A DNA stretch of 64,000 nt. Source: Candidatus Nitrospinota bacterium M3_3B_026 (lineage in GTDB: Bacteria; Nitrospinota_A; UBA7883; JBPRGF01). Shown here in pieces: positions 1 through 8,183 of this stretch (position 1 is the stretch's first letter; every line of letters starts with the position of its first letter). Location of the stretch: NCBI GenBank assembly GCA_051418015.1, contig JBPRGF010000018.1:32001-96000 (forward strand). The letters are read 5' to 3'. The translations under genes were made by a program, and so were the position numbers. The notes under the pieces were generated by a model. It saw nothing but the letters and a program-made list of their open reading frames with translations. It was not told the origin of the DNA and made no database searches.

Positions 1-34
1 AAAACTTTTGGACGGCTGTCTTCAGCGCCGGGGC

Positions 35-72
35 AAAAAAAATGCCCGGCCGGCGGGGCGGGCCGACCGGGC
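35..72 (-). terminator. Rho-independent terminator downstream of the multiheme cytochrome gene
   Basis: GC hairpin gcccggccggc...gccgaccgggc (44-72) preceded by an A8 tract (a U-tract on the minus strand). Confidence 0.6.
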
Positions 73-124
73 GTGAGCCATCGGGGAGACAGCTCAACAG
101 AGGGCATAACGGTGGGTTAAAGCC

Positions 125-1030
125 CTAGTCATCGTCATGATCGTCATCATGATCGTCGTCATCATGATCGTCGTCATCGTCATCGTCATCGTCGTATCCG
201 TCGCTATGGCAGGCGGCGCAGGCGCGGCCATCGGTGTTGTTATGGCTCCAGCGCCAGCTTATCCCGCTGGTGTGGCACCATTCGCACTCGTAACCGCTGT
301 AATGCTTGCTGTGACAGGAGGAGCACCCGGAGGTGATCCCGCTGTGGCTGAAGGCGGCGGTCTGGCCCCAGCTCGGGTACGAGTGGCAGTTTTCGCATGT
401 CGTCCCGTAATGGTTGGCCGGAGCGCGGCTCGCATGGCAGCCGGAGCAGCCGGAAGTATAGTTATGAGACCCCGCGCCGCCGCTCAGCGCCCAGGAGCCG
501 CCGGAATACTGGTGGCAGTTCTCGCACCCGCTGGTCCGGCCGTCGCCTGAGTGGCTTGAAGGGTAGTCTCCCGAGTGGCAGCTTGAGCAGTTCGATGTCA
601 GCGCCCCGTGGTATTCGCGGTGGTCGACCCGTGTATGGGACGTGAAGCTGTCGGAATAGTGGCACGCGTTGCAACGGGTTCCCGTGTTGTAGTCGGGGTG
701 CGGCAGTATGGACGTGGACGCGTAGTCGTTGGCGTGGCACTGGTAACATACCTGGTCGTTCGGAACCGAGCGGCCGTTCGTGTAGGCCGCGCTCGTGGTG
801 TGACAGTCGCCGCACTGGTAGCCTGAGTGAGGCCCGGCAAGATACGAGTCGTGCCAGGATGTGTCCGGCGTCCTCGCTATGCCGCTGAGATCGGAAGGCG
901 CCTGCGTCGTCCCGCCGTTCGAAGAAGAGGAGGGGGAATCCTCGGCTCCTCCGCCACAGGCCGCGACAAAAAACATGACCGCCAGCGCGGCGCCATACAG
1001 GGCTTTTTTCCTGATCCAGTCTGTCCGCAT
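125..1030 (-). CDS. Decaheme c-type cytochrome lipoprotein with an Asp/His-rich C-terminal tail
   Basis: Ten CxxCH motifs counted; signal peptide with lipobox VAA-C followed by a Gly/Ser linker; start placed at ATG 1030 (ORF track start 1102). Confidence 0.85.
   Translation of the reverse strand: MRTDWIRKKALYGAALAVMFFVAACGGGAEDSPSSSSNGGTTQAPSDLSGIARTPDTSWHDSYLAGPHSGYQCGDCHTTSAAYTNGRSVPNDQVCYQCHANDYASTSILPHPDYNTGTRCNACHYSDSFTSHTRVDHREYHGALTSNCSSCHSGDYPSSHSGDGRTSGCENCHQYSGGSWALSGGAGSHNYTSGCSGCHASRAPANHYGTTCENCHSYPSWGQTAAFSHSGITSGCSSCHSKHYSGYECEWCHTSGISWRWSHNNTDGRACAACHSDGYDDDDDDDDDHDDDDHDDDHDDD
128..193 (-). repeat. GAY/CAT trinucleotide-type repeat encoding D9-H-D4-H-D3-H-D3
   Basis: Visible atc/gtc/atg tandem tract on the plus strand. 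Confidence 0.85.
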
Positions 1031-1364
1031 GATCTTTTTGAAGCTTGAAATTTCCATGTTCCACATATGCCTTACCAAACCTCCACCGCTATTCCTCCTC
1101 ATGTCCTGCGTTTAAAAGCACACGCTATGCCATTTGTCCACGGCGGGGCCGGCGGGGCCGGCGGCAAAGGATGGGGCCCGGGCAAGTTTTTGATTCTACA
1201 GGCTATTTCTCGGATCTTGGCCAGAGCGCCCGCCGCCGGGCGTATGAAAGGAGATTGCGATCCGGCTCCGCCGAGTGTCCTGATTCAGGTCACACTGTCT
1301 TTATAAAGACGGTTTCGCAACTGATTTTCCGCCCCGGGGTTTCCGGGTGTTAATATCTTCTGTT

Positions 1365-2471
1365 ATGAAAAAGATACTGATCCTGGCGCCGCTCGTTCTG
1401 GCCGCGGGCGCGGCGGCTTTCTACCTGAACCGGGAGATGCGCCCGGAGGAGTACGCCGGCAAGACCACGACGGCCATCCGCGGCGATCTTGTGACCGCCG
1501 TCTCCGCCACGGGGACCGTGGAGCCTAATTTCAAGGTGGAGGTGAAGTCCAAAGCCTCCGGCGAGATTTTGAGTTTTCCCTTCGAGCCGGGGGACAAGGT
1601 CTCCGCCGGACAGCAATTGCTGCGGCTCGACCCGGAGACGGAGAAAAGAAACGTCGCCCTGGCCCGCGCCGACCTTGCCCGGGCGGAAGCCGAGCTTGAA
1701 TACGCAAGGGCCACCCTCATGGAGCGCGAGTCCAAGCTGAAGCGTACCCGCAGCCTCCATGAACGCGGCCTGGTCGCCAAAGAGGAGCTGGAAGCCGCCG
1801 AGGCCGCCGCCGCCACGGCCGCCGCCAGGGTCAACGAGGCGTCCGCGGCCCTCCGCAAGGCGGAACTTGCCGTGGAGGACGCCGAGGAGCGGCTTTCGGA
1901 GACCGTCATAAACTCCCCCCTCGACGGCGTCCTGATCGAAAAGAGCGTGGAGAGGGGGCAGATCATCTCCTCCGGCATAACATCCTTCACCGGGGGTACG
2001 ACGCTTTGCGTGCTGGCGGACCTTTCCCTGGTCTTCGTGATGACGCTGGTGGACGAGACGGACATCGGGATGGCGCACGAGGGGCAGGAGGCCAGGATGA
2101 CCGTGGACGCCTACCCGGAGAAAGTTTTTGAAGGAACCGTAAGGCGCATTTACCCCATGGGAGAGATGGAGGACAATATAACCTTTTTCAAGGTGAAGGT
2201 GAAGGCCGGGGCGGACGGGGCGAGGTTTTTGCGCCCCGGCATGACGGCCAACGTGGACCTGATTGTCGATAGCCGAAAAGACGTCCTGATAGTCCCCGAC
2301 GAGACCATCAGAAGAGACGATGACGGGAAGACATACGTCTACGTCCTGGAAAAGGGCCGCCCTTCGCCGCGGAAGGTCACGGTGGGCCTGACGAACGGTT
2401 TCGAGACACAGGTCACGGAAGGGCTTTCCGAGGGGGAGCGGATACTTCTGCGCCCGCCGCCCGCCGCATGA
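1365..2471 (+). CDS. Efflux periplasmic adaptor subunit (MacA/HlyD-like)
   Basis: N-terminal membrane anchor, lipoyl-like half-motifs (EVKSKASGEI, INSPLDGV), coiled-coil hairpin, LRPGMTANV. Confidence 0.9.
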   Translation: MKKILILAPLVLAAGAAAFYLNREMRPEEYAGKTTTAIRGDLVTAVSATGTVEPNFKVEVKSKASGEILSFPFEPGDKVSAGQQLLRLDPETEKRNVALARADLARAEAELEYARATLMERESKLKRTRSLHERGLVAKEELEAAEAAAATAAARVNEASAALRKAELAVEDAEERLSETVINSPLDGVLIEKSVERGQIISSGITSFTGGTTLCVLADLSLVFVMTLVDETDIGMAHEGQEARMTVDAYPEKVFEGTVRRIYPMGEMEDNITFFKVKVKAGADGARFLRPGMTANVDLIVDSRKDVLIVPDETIRRDDDGKTYVYVLEKGRPSPRKVTVGLTNGFETQVTEGLSEGERILLRPPPAA

Positions 2472-3124
2472 TCGAGATCGCCGATATCCGCAAGGTCTAC
2501 AGGCTCGAAGGCGCCGAGGTGGAGGCGCTCAAGGGGGTGAGCGTCACCATAGAGAAAGGCTCCTTCACGGCGCTGATGGGCCCCTCCGGCTCCGGCAAGT
2601 CCACCCTGATGAACATACTGGGGCTTCTGGACACGCCCACCAGCGGCGCCTATTACCTGAACGGAAAAGATGTCGCCGGGCTCTCCGAGGACGAACTGGC
2701 GGCGATAAGAAACAGGGAGATAGGGTTCGTCTTCCAGAGCCACAACCTCCTGCCCCGCAACACCGTCCTCGAAAACGTTCTCCTGCCGCTCTACTACCGC
2801 GGCGAGGCGGACCCATCGAAAAAGGGGAGGGAGGCCCTCGAGAGAGTGGGGCTGGGAGGGCGGACAAAACATTTCCCCGGCCAGATTTCCGGCGGCGAGT
2901 CCCAGCGGGCCGCCATAGCGAGGGCCATCGTGGGCGGCCCGGGCGTGATCCTGGCCGACGAGCCGACGGGAAACCTGGACACGGCGACGGGGGAGAGGAT
3001 AATCAGCCTCTTAAAAGAACTGAACGATTCCGGCGTTACATTAATAGTGGTGACCCACGACCCGGAGATAGCCTCCCACGCGGGGAGGATATTGAGAATA
3101 CGCGACGGCAGGCTGGAGGAATAG
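2468..3124 (+). CDS. ABC transporter ATP-binding protein (MacB/LolD-like)
   Basis: Walker A GPSGSGKS, signature ISGGE, Walker B ILADEPTGNLD, H-loop VTHD; ATGA overlap with the upstream gene. Confidence 0.92.
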   Translation: MIEIADIRKVYRLEGAEVEALKGVSVTIEKGSFTALMGPSGSGKSTLMNILGLLDTPTSGAYYLNGKDVAGLSEDELAAIRNREIGFVFQSHNLLPRNTVLENVLLPLYYRGEADPSKKGREALERVGLGGRTKHFPGQISGGESQRAAIARAIVGGPGVILADEPTGNLDTATGERIISLLKELNDSGVTLIVVTHDPEIASHAGRILRIRDGRLEE

Positions 3125-3136
3125 CGGGTTTTTTGA

Positions 3137-3259
3137 GAAAGCCGCGAAATTATGATGTCATTCTGAGCGCAGCGAAGAATCTCGATCCGTGACATTCGAT
3201 AAGCCGCGGGACTCTTCGTCGCCTGACGGCTCCTCAGAATGACATTTCGCGGCTTTTTC
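3137..3259. repeat. Intergenic long palindromic element (REP/MITE-like)
   Basis: Arms gaaagccgcgaaat..atgtcattctgag and ctcagaatgacatttcgcggcttttt are near-perfect reverse complements; related degenerate copies lie at ~11455 and ~21913. Confidence 0.75.
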
Positions 3260-3304
3260 GAGCGCCTGACAGGCCGCCGCCACTGTGACCGACTGGAGCG
3301 CCTC

Positions 3305-4501
3305 ATGGAGCACACCGCCGACGCGGAAAAGCTGGCCATAGCGCTGATGACCCTGGGGGCCCTGCTGCTGATCGGGTTCGCCGCGGAGGGGCTCGGCCGC
3401 CGAACGAAGCTTCCCCGGGTCACCCTCATGCTGCTGTTCGGGTTTCTCATCGGCCCTTCGGCTCTCGACCTTTTGCCGGACCTCGGCTCGGAGTGGTTTC
3501 CCGCCGTGGCGGACATGGCGCTGGTGATGATCGGCTTCCTGCTGGGTGAGACCCTGACTGTTGCGTCTCTTAGAAAGCATGGCAGGCTGGTGATGTGGAT
3601 ATCGGGAATGGTCGTTGTCATGACAATGGCGGTGATGGGGCTGGGGCTCGCCGTCATGGGTATGCCGGTGGCGCTTGCGCTCCTTCTGGCCGGGATCGCC
3701 CCCGCCACCGATCCGGCGGCGACGGTGGACGTTATCCATGAGACGGGGTCTGGAAACCGTTTTTCAAAGACTTTGCTTGGGGTCGTGGCCGTGGACGACG
3801 CCTGGGGGCTTATCGCTTTCAGCCTCATGCTGGCCGCGGCGCAGACCTTCGCGGGACTGGAAGGCGGCCTGGACGCCATCGCCGGCGGCGCATGGGACCT
3901 TGCCGGGGCGGTCATGGTCGGGCTTGCGCTGGGGGTACCCATGGCCTATGCCACGGGAAGGGTCCGGCCGGGAGAGCCGACGCTGGCGGAGGCTTTGGGC
4001 CTTGTTTTCCTCTGCGGCGGCGTGGCGCTGTGGCTCGATGTCTCGTTCCTGCTTGCGGCCATGATGATGGGCTCCGCCGTGGCGAACCTGGCGAAGCATC
4101 ACGAGAGGCCCTTTCACGCCATAGAGGGGATCGACTGGCCCTTCATGATCCTTTTTTTCATCCTCGCGGGAGCGTCACTCAAGGCGGAGTCGCTGCTCCA
4201 GGTCGGCGGAGTCGGGCTGGCATATGTCCTCCTGCGGGTAGCGGGACGCATGGCTGGCGCCTGGACAGGCGCCGTTCTGGGCGGCGCGGAGGGTGTTTTC
4301 CGCAAATGGATGGGCGTGGCTCTTCTGCCCCAGGCGGGAGTGGCTATGGGGATGGCGCTGGTGGCGGCGAGACGGTTTCCCGATTTCATGGAGACGATAT
4401 TGCCCGTGGTGATAGGAGCGACAATATTTTTTGAGATTATAGGCCCAGTGTTCACGAGGATCGCCCTGACCAGGGCGGGAGAGAGAAAAAAGAGCGCGTA
4501 A
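3305..4501 (+). CDS. Cation:proton antiporter (Na+/H+ exchanger family)
   Basis: About 12 hydrophobic helices with motifs ATDPAAT, VAVDDA and LLPQAGVAMG. Confidence 0.85.
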   Translation: MEHTADAEKLAIALMTLGALLLIGFAAEGLGRRTKLPRVTLMLLFGFLIGPSALDLLPDLGSEWFPAVADMALVMIGFLLGETLTVASLRKHGRLVMWISGMVVVMTMAVMGLGLAVMGMPVALALLLAGIAPATDPAATVDVIHETGSGNRFSKTLLGVVAVDDAWGLIAFSLMLAAAQTFAGLEGGLDAIAGGAWDLAGAVMVGLALGVPMAYATGRVRPGEPTLAEALGLVFLCGGVALWLDVSFLLAAMMMGSAVANLAKHHERPFHAIEGIDWPFMILFFILAGASLKAESLLQVGGVGLAYVLLRVAGRMAGAWTGAVLGGAEGVFRKWMGVALLPQAGVAMGMALVAARRFPDFMETILPVVIGATIFFEIIGPVFTRIALTRAGERKKSA

Positions 4502-4502
4502 T

Positions 4503-4538
4503 AAAAAAAGGCCGGAGCGCCCTCAAGCCGCCCCGGCC
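4503..4538 (-). terminator. Terminator for the small minus-strand gene
   Basis: A7 tract followed by the ggccggagcg/cgccccggcc stem. Confidence 0.55.
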
Positions 4539-4558
4539 CGGTCCGCCGCGCCCGCGGG

Positions 4559-4729
4559 TCACTTGATTTTCTTGACGATCTTCTCCGCGGTCTTCTTGCT
4601 GTAATAGGCGCACCGGCCCCTCTTCGAGTCCGGCTCTATGCTCGCCGCCTTCGCGGCGTCCTTGAACTTCTTGTCCGACACGTTGAAATGCCTGGCCCAC
4701 TTGGCCGCCGTCATGACCTCTTCAGACAT
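4559..4729 (-). CDS. 56-aa basic protein, possibly HTH-like (not in the ORF track)
   Basis: Manual translation MSEEVMTAAKWARHFNVSDKKFKDAAKAASIEPDSKRGRCAYYSKKTAEKIVKKIK; upstream GGAGGAG, GC3-rich codons and its own terminator. Confidence 0.75.
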   Translation of the reverse strand: MSEEVMTAAKWARHFNVSDKKFKDAAKAASIEPDSKRGRCAYYSKKTAEKIVKKIK

Positions 4730-4905
4730 CCGGCAGAGACTCCTCCATTGAAAGTCTGGACTGTGTTCAACCTGATACCAAGTCTACCATAACCCCCCCT
4801 CCCGGCCCCGGCCCGGAAAGCGCCGGGGGGTTTTACCATCCACGCCGGATGTATATAATGTAGGCTCCTGCTGGTCCTATCGATTTTTATCTGAACGGGT
4901 AGATT

Positions 4906-6678
4906 ATGACTTCAAAGACCAAGAAGCCGTATACCATCGTCCGGGACAAGGTGATCCTGGATTTCGCCAGTCTTTACTGCGAGACGCCGGGGAAGCTTTT
5001 GCGAAGCGAGCTTTTCTCCGAGGTTGTGAAAAGGTTCCTGGCCAGGGTGGAGAGGAAGGGCAGCTCCTCCCACGTCTTTATAAAGGACGCTCTGCCGGAC
5101 ATGGACATGGAAGAGAAGACCGCCAGCGTCGTCGGCTTTCTGCGGCTGATATCCGCCTATTCCACCGAGGAGGTCAGCGACATGGCGCCGCAGCACAACT
5201 GCCTCATGGCCGACAGGGTGCGGATGGGCGACTTCGTCCAGGACCTTTACAACTTCTGGCGGCGGCTGGAGCGTTTTATTTACATAGAGTCGGCCCACAG
5301 GACCGAGCACACCGAAAGCGATGTCCATCACGTCCGGTTCATAAAGTACAACGAGGACCTGAAGAACCTGGTGCTTTACGTCTACCGCCGGGTGCTGGAG
5401 AACCTCTCCGGCAAGATTCCCAGGGTGTACCGCCAGTTGCCGGCGGGGGCGAACATGGGCATGATCCTTGAGAAGGCGCCCTGGGACGCGCCCGAAAAGT
5501 ACAAGCCGCTGGCCGACATACCCTTCATCCTGATGACCCTCATCGAGCCTCCGCTCATCCTTTATCCCGGGGCGACGAAGAGGAAGGGGGGTATCGGCGA
5601 GATAAAAGGGCTCGACGTGGAGGCGCTGCGGATCGACCCGGCGGAATGGTTCTGCCTGCCGCTGAAAGTCGGGGAGCTTACGGCGTTCATCTATTTCCAC
5701 CAGGACTTTATCTCGCTGGGCCTTTCCATGAGCAACCTTTTCGAGATGGCCGAGTACGAGGACATAAAAGACAAAAGGCCCGACCTCGCGCTGGTCTTCG
5801 GGGTGAAAGACGGCCTGGGGGACAACCCCACCGTCTTCTACGACGACGCGGAGAACGAGATGATGGTGGGGGTCGTCCGCGGCTCGGAGGAGATGGACTA
5901 CTTCGGCTATTTCAAGAAAATGACCCTCACCCTCCACAACGTGGTGATGATAAAGCGCGGCAGGCTCCCCCTGCATGGCGCCATGGTCTACATCAAGCTC
6001 AAGGAGGGCAAAAGCGCCAACGTCGTCATGGTGGGGGACTCCGGCGCGGGCAAGTCCGAGACGCTGGAGGCGATGCGCTCCCTGGCGGGCGAGCACATCT
6101 GCGAGATGCGGGTGATATTCGACGACATGGGCTCGCTGGGAGTGGACGAGAACGGGCGCGTGGCGGGATACGGCACGGAGACGGGCGCTTTCGTCCGGCT
6201 GGACGACCTGCAGGCGGGCTACGCCTATGAGCAGATCGACCGCAGCATCTTCATGAACCCGGACAAGACCAACGCCCGGCTGATAATACCCATCACCACC
6301 TACCACGACATCATCGACGGCTACCCCGTCGACCTTCTGCTCTACGCCAACAACTACGACCTCGTCGAGGAGGGCAGCCCCACCATCGACTTCTTCTCAA
6401 GCCGCGAGGAGGCCCTCTCCATCTTCCGCAGCGGCGCGCGCCTGGCCAAGGGCACCACCGACGAGAAGGGCCTGACCCACAGCTACTTCGCCAACCCCTT
6501 CGGCGCGCCCCAGCGCAAGGCCGACCACGCCAGGGCGGAGGAGTTCTACTTCAAGAAGATGTTCGAGGACGGCGTGAAGGTGGGGCAGATCAGAACCCGC
6601 CTCGGCGTCGAAGGCTTCGAGCAGGACGGCCCCCGCGCCGCCTCCATGGAGCTTTTCAAGATCATCCAGGGGCTCTAG
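4906..6678 (+). CDS. PEP carboxykinase-like protein (atypical ~590-aa family)
   Basis: YFGYFKK, LPLHGAM, P-loop GDSGAGKSE, IFDD, GTETGAF and ANPFG match PEPCK/HprK-type P-loop kinase motifs. Confidence 0.7.
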   Translation: MTSKTKKPYTIVRDKVILDFASLYCETPGKLLRSELFSEVVKRFLARVERKGSSSHVFIKDALPDMDMEEKTASVVGFLRLISAYSTEEVSDMAPQHNCLMADRVRMGDFVQDLYNFWRRLERFIYIESAHRTEHTESDVHHVRFIKYNEDLKNLVLYVYRRVLENLSGKIPRVYRQLPAGANMGMILEKAPWDAPEKYKPLADIPFILMTLIEPPLILYPGATKRKGGIGEIKGLDVEALRIDPAEWFCLPLKVGELTAFIYFHQDFISLGLSMSNLFEMAEYEDIKDKRPDLALVFGVKDGLGDNPTVFYDDAENEMMVGVVRGSEEMDYFGYFKKMTLTLHNVVMIKRGRLPLHGAMVYIKLKEGKSANVVMVGDSGAGKSETLEAMRSLAGEHICEMRVIFDDMGSLGVDENGRVAGYGTETGAFVRLDDLQAGYAYEQIDRSIFMNPDKTNARLIIPITTYHDIIDGYPVDLLLYANNYDLVEEGSPTIDFFSSREEALSIFRSGARLAKGTTDEKGLTHSYFANPFGAPQRKADHARAEEFYFKKMFEDGVKVGQIRTRLGVEGFEQDGPRAASMELFKIIQGL

Positions 6679-6732
6679 GAAGAGGGGGGAGCGGCTTGCG
6701 TTCCCGAAGGCTTGCCGCTTTAACGGCGAGAC

Positions 6733-6924
6733 ATGAAAATACGCGATATAATCAAGATGATTGAAAAAGACGGATGGTATCGTGTGACGACAAGAGGAAG
6801 CCATAGGCAATACAAGCATCCGGAAAAGAGGGGACGGGTTGCCATCGCGGGACATCCCGGCGATGATGTTGCGCCCGGCACACTGAACAGCGTCCCCAAG
6901 CAGGCCGGTTTGAAAGGCAAATAA
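6733..6924 (+). CDS. hicA: HicA family toxin
   Basis: DGW...RGSHRQYKHP...GTLNS signature, 63 aa. Confidence 0.9.
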   Translation: MKIRDIIKMIEKDGWYRVTTRGSHRQYKHPEKRGRVAIAGHPGDDVAPGTLNSVPKQAGLKGK

Positions 6925-6927
6925 ATC

Positions 6928-7137
6928 ATGCGAAAATATTTAATCGTTATTGAAAAGGCGGGTGATAACTACTCCGCCTTTTCGCCGGACCTGCCGGGCT
7001 GTGTCGCGACTGGGAAAACGCCGGAGGAGACGGAGCGCAACATGAAAGAGGCGATCGAGTCTCACCTTCGCGGCATGGAGGAAGACGGGACGCCGATACC
7101 AGAGCCCAGCTCTCTGGCCAAGTATTGCGAGGTCTGA
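6928..7137 (+). CDS. hicB: HicB family antitoxin (short, no DNA-binding domain)
   Basis: YSAFSPDLPGCVATGKT.EE....EAI motif; directly follows hicA. Confidence 0.9.
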   Translation: MRKYLIVIEKAGDNYSAFSPDLPGCVATGKTPEETERNMKEAIESHLRGMEEDGTPIPEPSSLAKYCEV

Positions 7138-7174
7138 AAAACTCGCCTTTTTCCTTGAGAACAAGATTCCCGAA

Positions 7175-7990
7175 ATGAATTTTCCTCCACCGGGTTGCAT
7201 TGAACCACATGCGGTATTGTTGACCAGGCCACCTGATAATCAATTGTTGTACAAGGTGATGCGGATAGAAGATCTATTAAAGTCTATTTCAAGAAAATAT
7301 CTTCATTTTAATCGCGTGGACAGCTACAAAGATTTCCCTGGAGCGGACAGACATGACGGAGAGCAATTACCGATAGACCAGAACGGCAACAAAAATTCGA
7401 AATTCATAAAATCACCAACGTTCTCGGCTTTTGATTCTTACAATAAAAGCCGCGCCAGAACCTATGCCTGTTGCTTTTCCACGGAGGACACAAATTATAT
7501 CTGGAGCGAATACGGAAATGGCGGAGAAAAAGGGAAAGCATGTCTTGTTTTTGAATTTGGCAAATTACGCTTGAGGTTAAATGAAACTCTACAACCTGGC
7601 AATTCGGCGCTCGAATATAACGGTAAACGTTGCCGCCAAATATTTTCGGTGAATTACGGTTGCGTCGAATATGTGGGTAGGAAAACATTCCAGGCAAATA
7701 CAGATAAACTGCCAAATCCGATAAAGTACACATATTTCAAAGACAAGGAATATGAGAAAGATAAGGAATTGCGGATTTCATTGTCGACCATAGCTATAGG
7801 CAAATTCGTACTAAACGAGGGCAGTGAGATGGAATTCCCCCCACATTTGCAAGTCGCGTTTGATTTCAAAGCGGCAATAGAGGATGGCACGAGTCCGCAA
7901 CTTTTAGTTTCCAAAGATTGTGATTTGGATTTCCTTCATTTCGAATTGAAGCGGTTAGGGGTGGACCCCGATGTTTGGACAGGATGTTAA
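7175..7990 (+). CDS. AT-rich hypothetical protein, DUF2971-like
   Basis: LYK...LHF...D, CCFS....IWSEYG and K..EY.KDKELR patterns; visibly lower GC than its flanks. Confidence 0.55.
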   Translation: MNFPPPGCIEPHAVLLTRPPDNQLLYKVMRIEDLLKSISRKYLHFNRVDSYKDFPGADRHDGEQLPIDQNGNKNSKFIKSPTFSAFDSYNKSRARTYACCFSTEDTNYIWSEYGNGGEKGKACLVFEFGKLRLRLNETLQPGNSALEYNGKRCRQIFSVNYGCVEYVGRKTFQANTDKLPNPIKYTYFKDKEYEKDKELRISLSTIAIGKFVLNEGSEMEFPPHLQVAFDFKAAIEDGTSPQLLVSKDCDLDFLHFELKRLGVDPDVWTGC

Positions 7991-8183
7991 AGTGGATTCC
8001 GTGAGATGAAGGAGGAATCATTTTTATGTCCAAACGAAGGAAGCAGTTAGTGTAATTCTTGTTCCACTAACACGGGCCTTTCCATTTTCAAAGAAGCCGT
8101 TGTTTCAGGAGCCTGCTCGAGGTGGAAAGCTTTTAAGAGCGCGGCCCCAAGCGGCCGCACGATTTTGAGGAGGAGGAACCCGC

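Noticed and set aside
128..193. Possible CRISPR-like or tandem array
   Set aside because: A trinucleotide coding repeat with no spacers and no cas genes.
137..550. ORF with an MIVIMIVV hydrophobic repeat
   Set aside because: Reverse-strand reading of the Asp/His repeat tail of the cytochrome.
7159..8064. gaacaaga/tcttgttc inverted pair bracketing the AT-rich gene as transposon ends
   Set aside because: Only an 8-bp match with no target-site duplication seen; compatible with chance.
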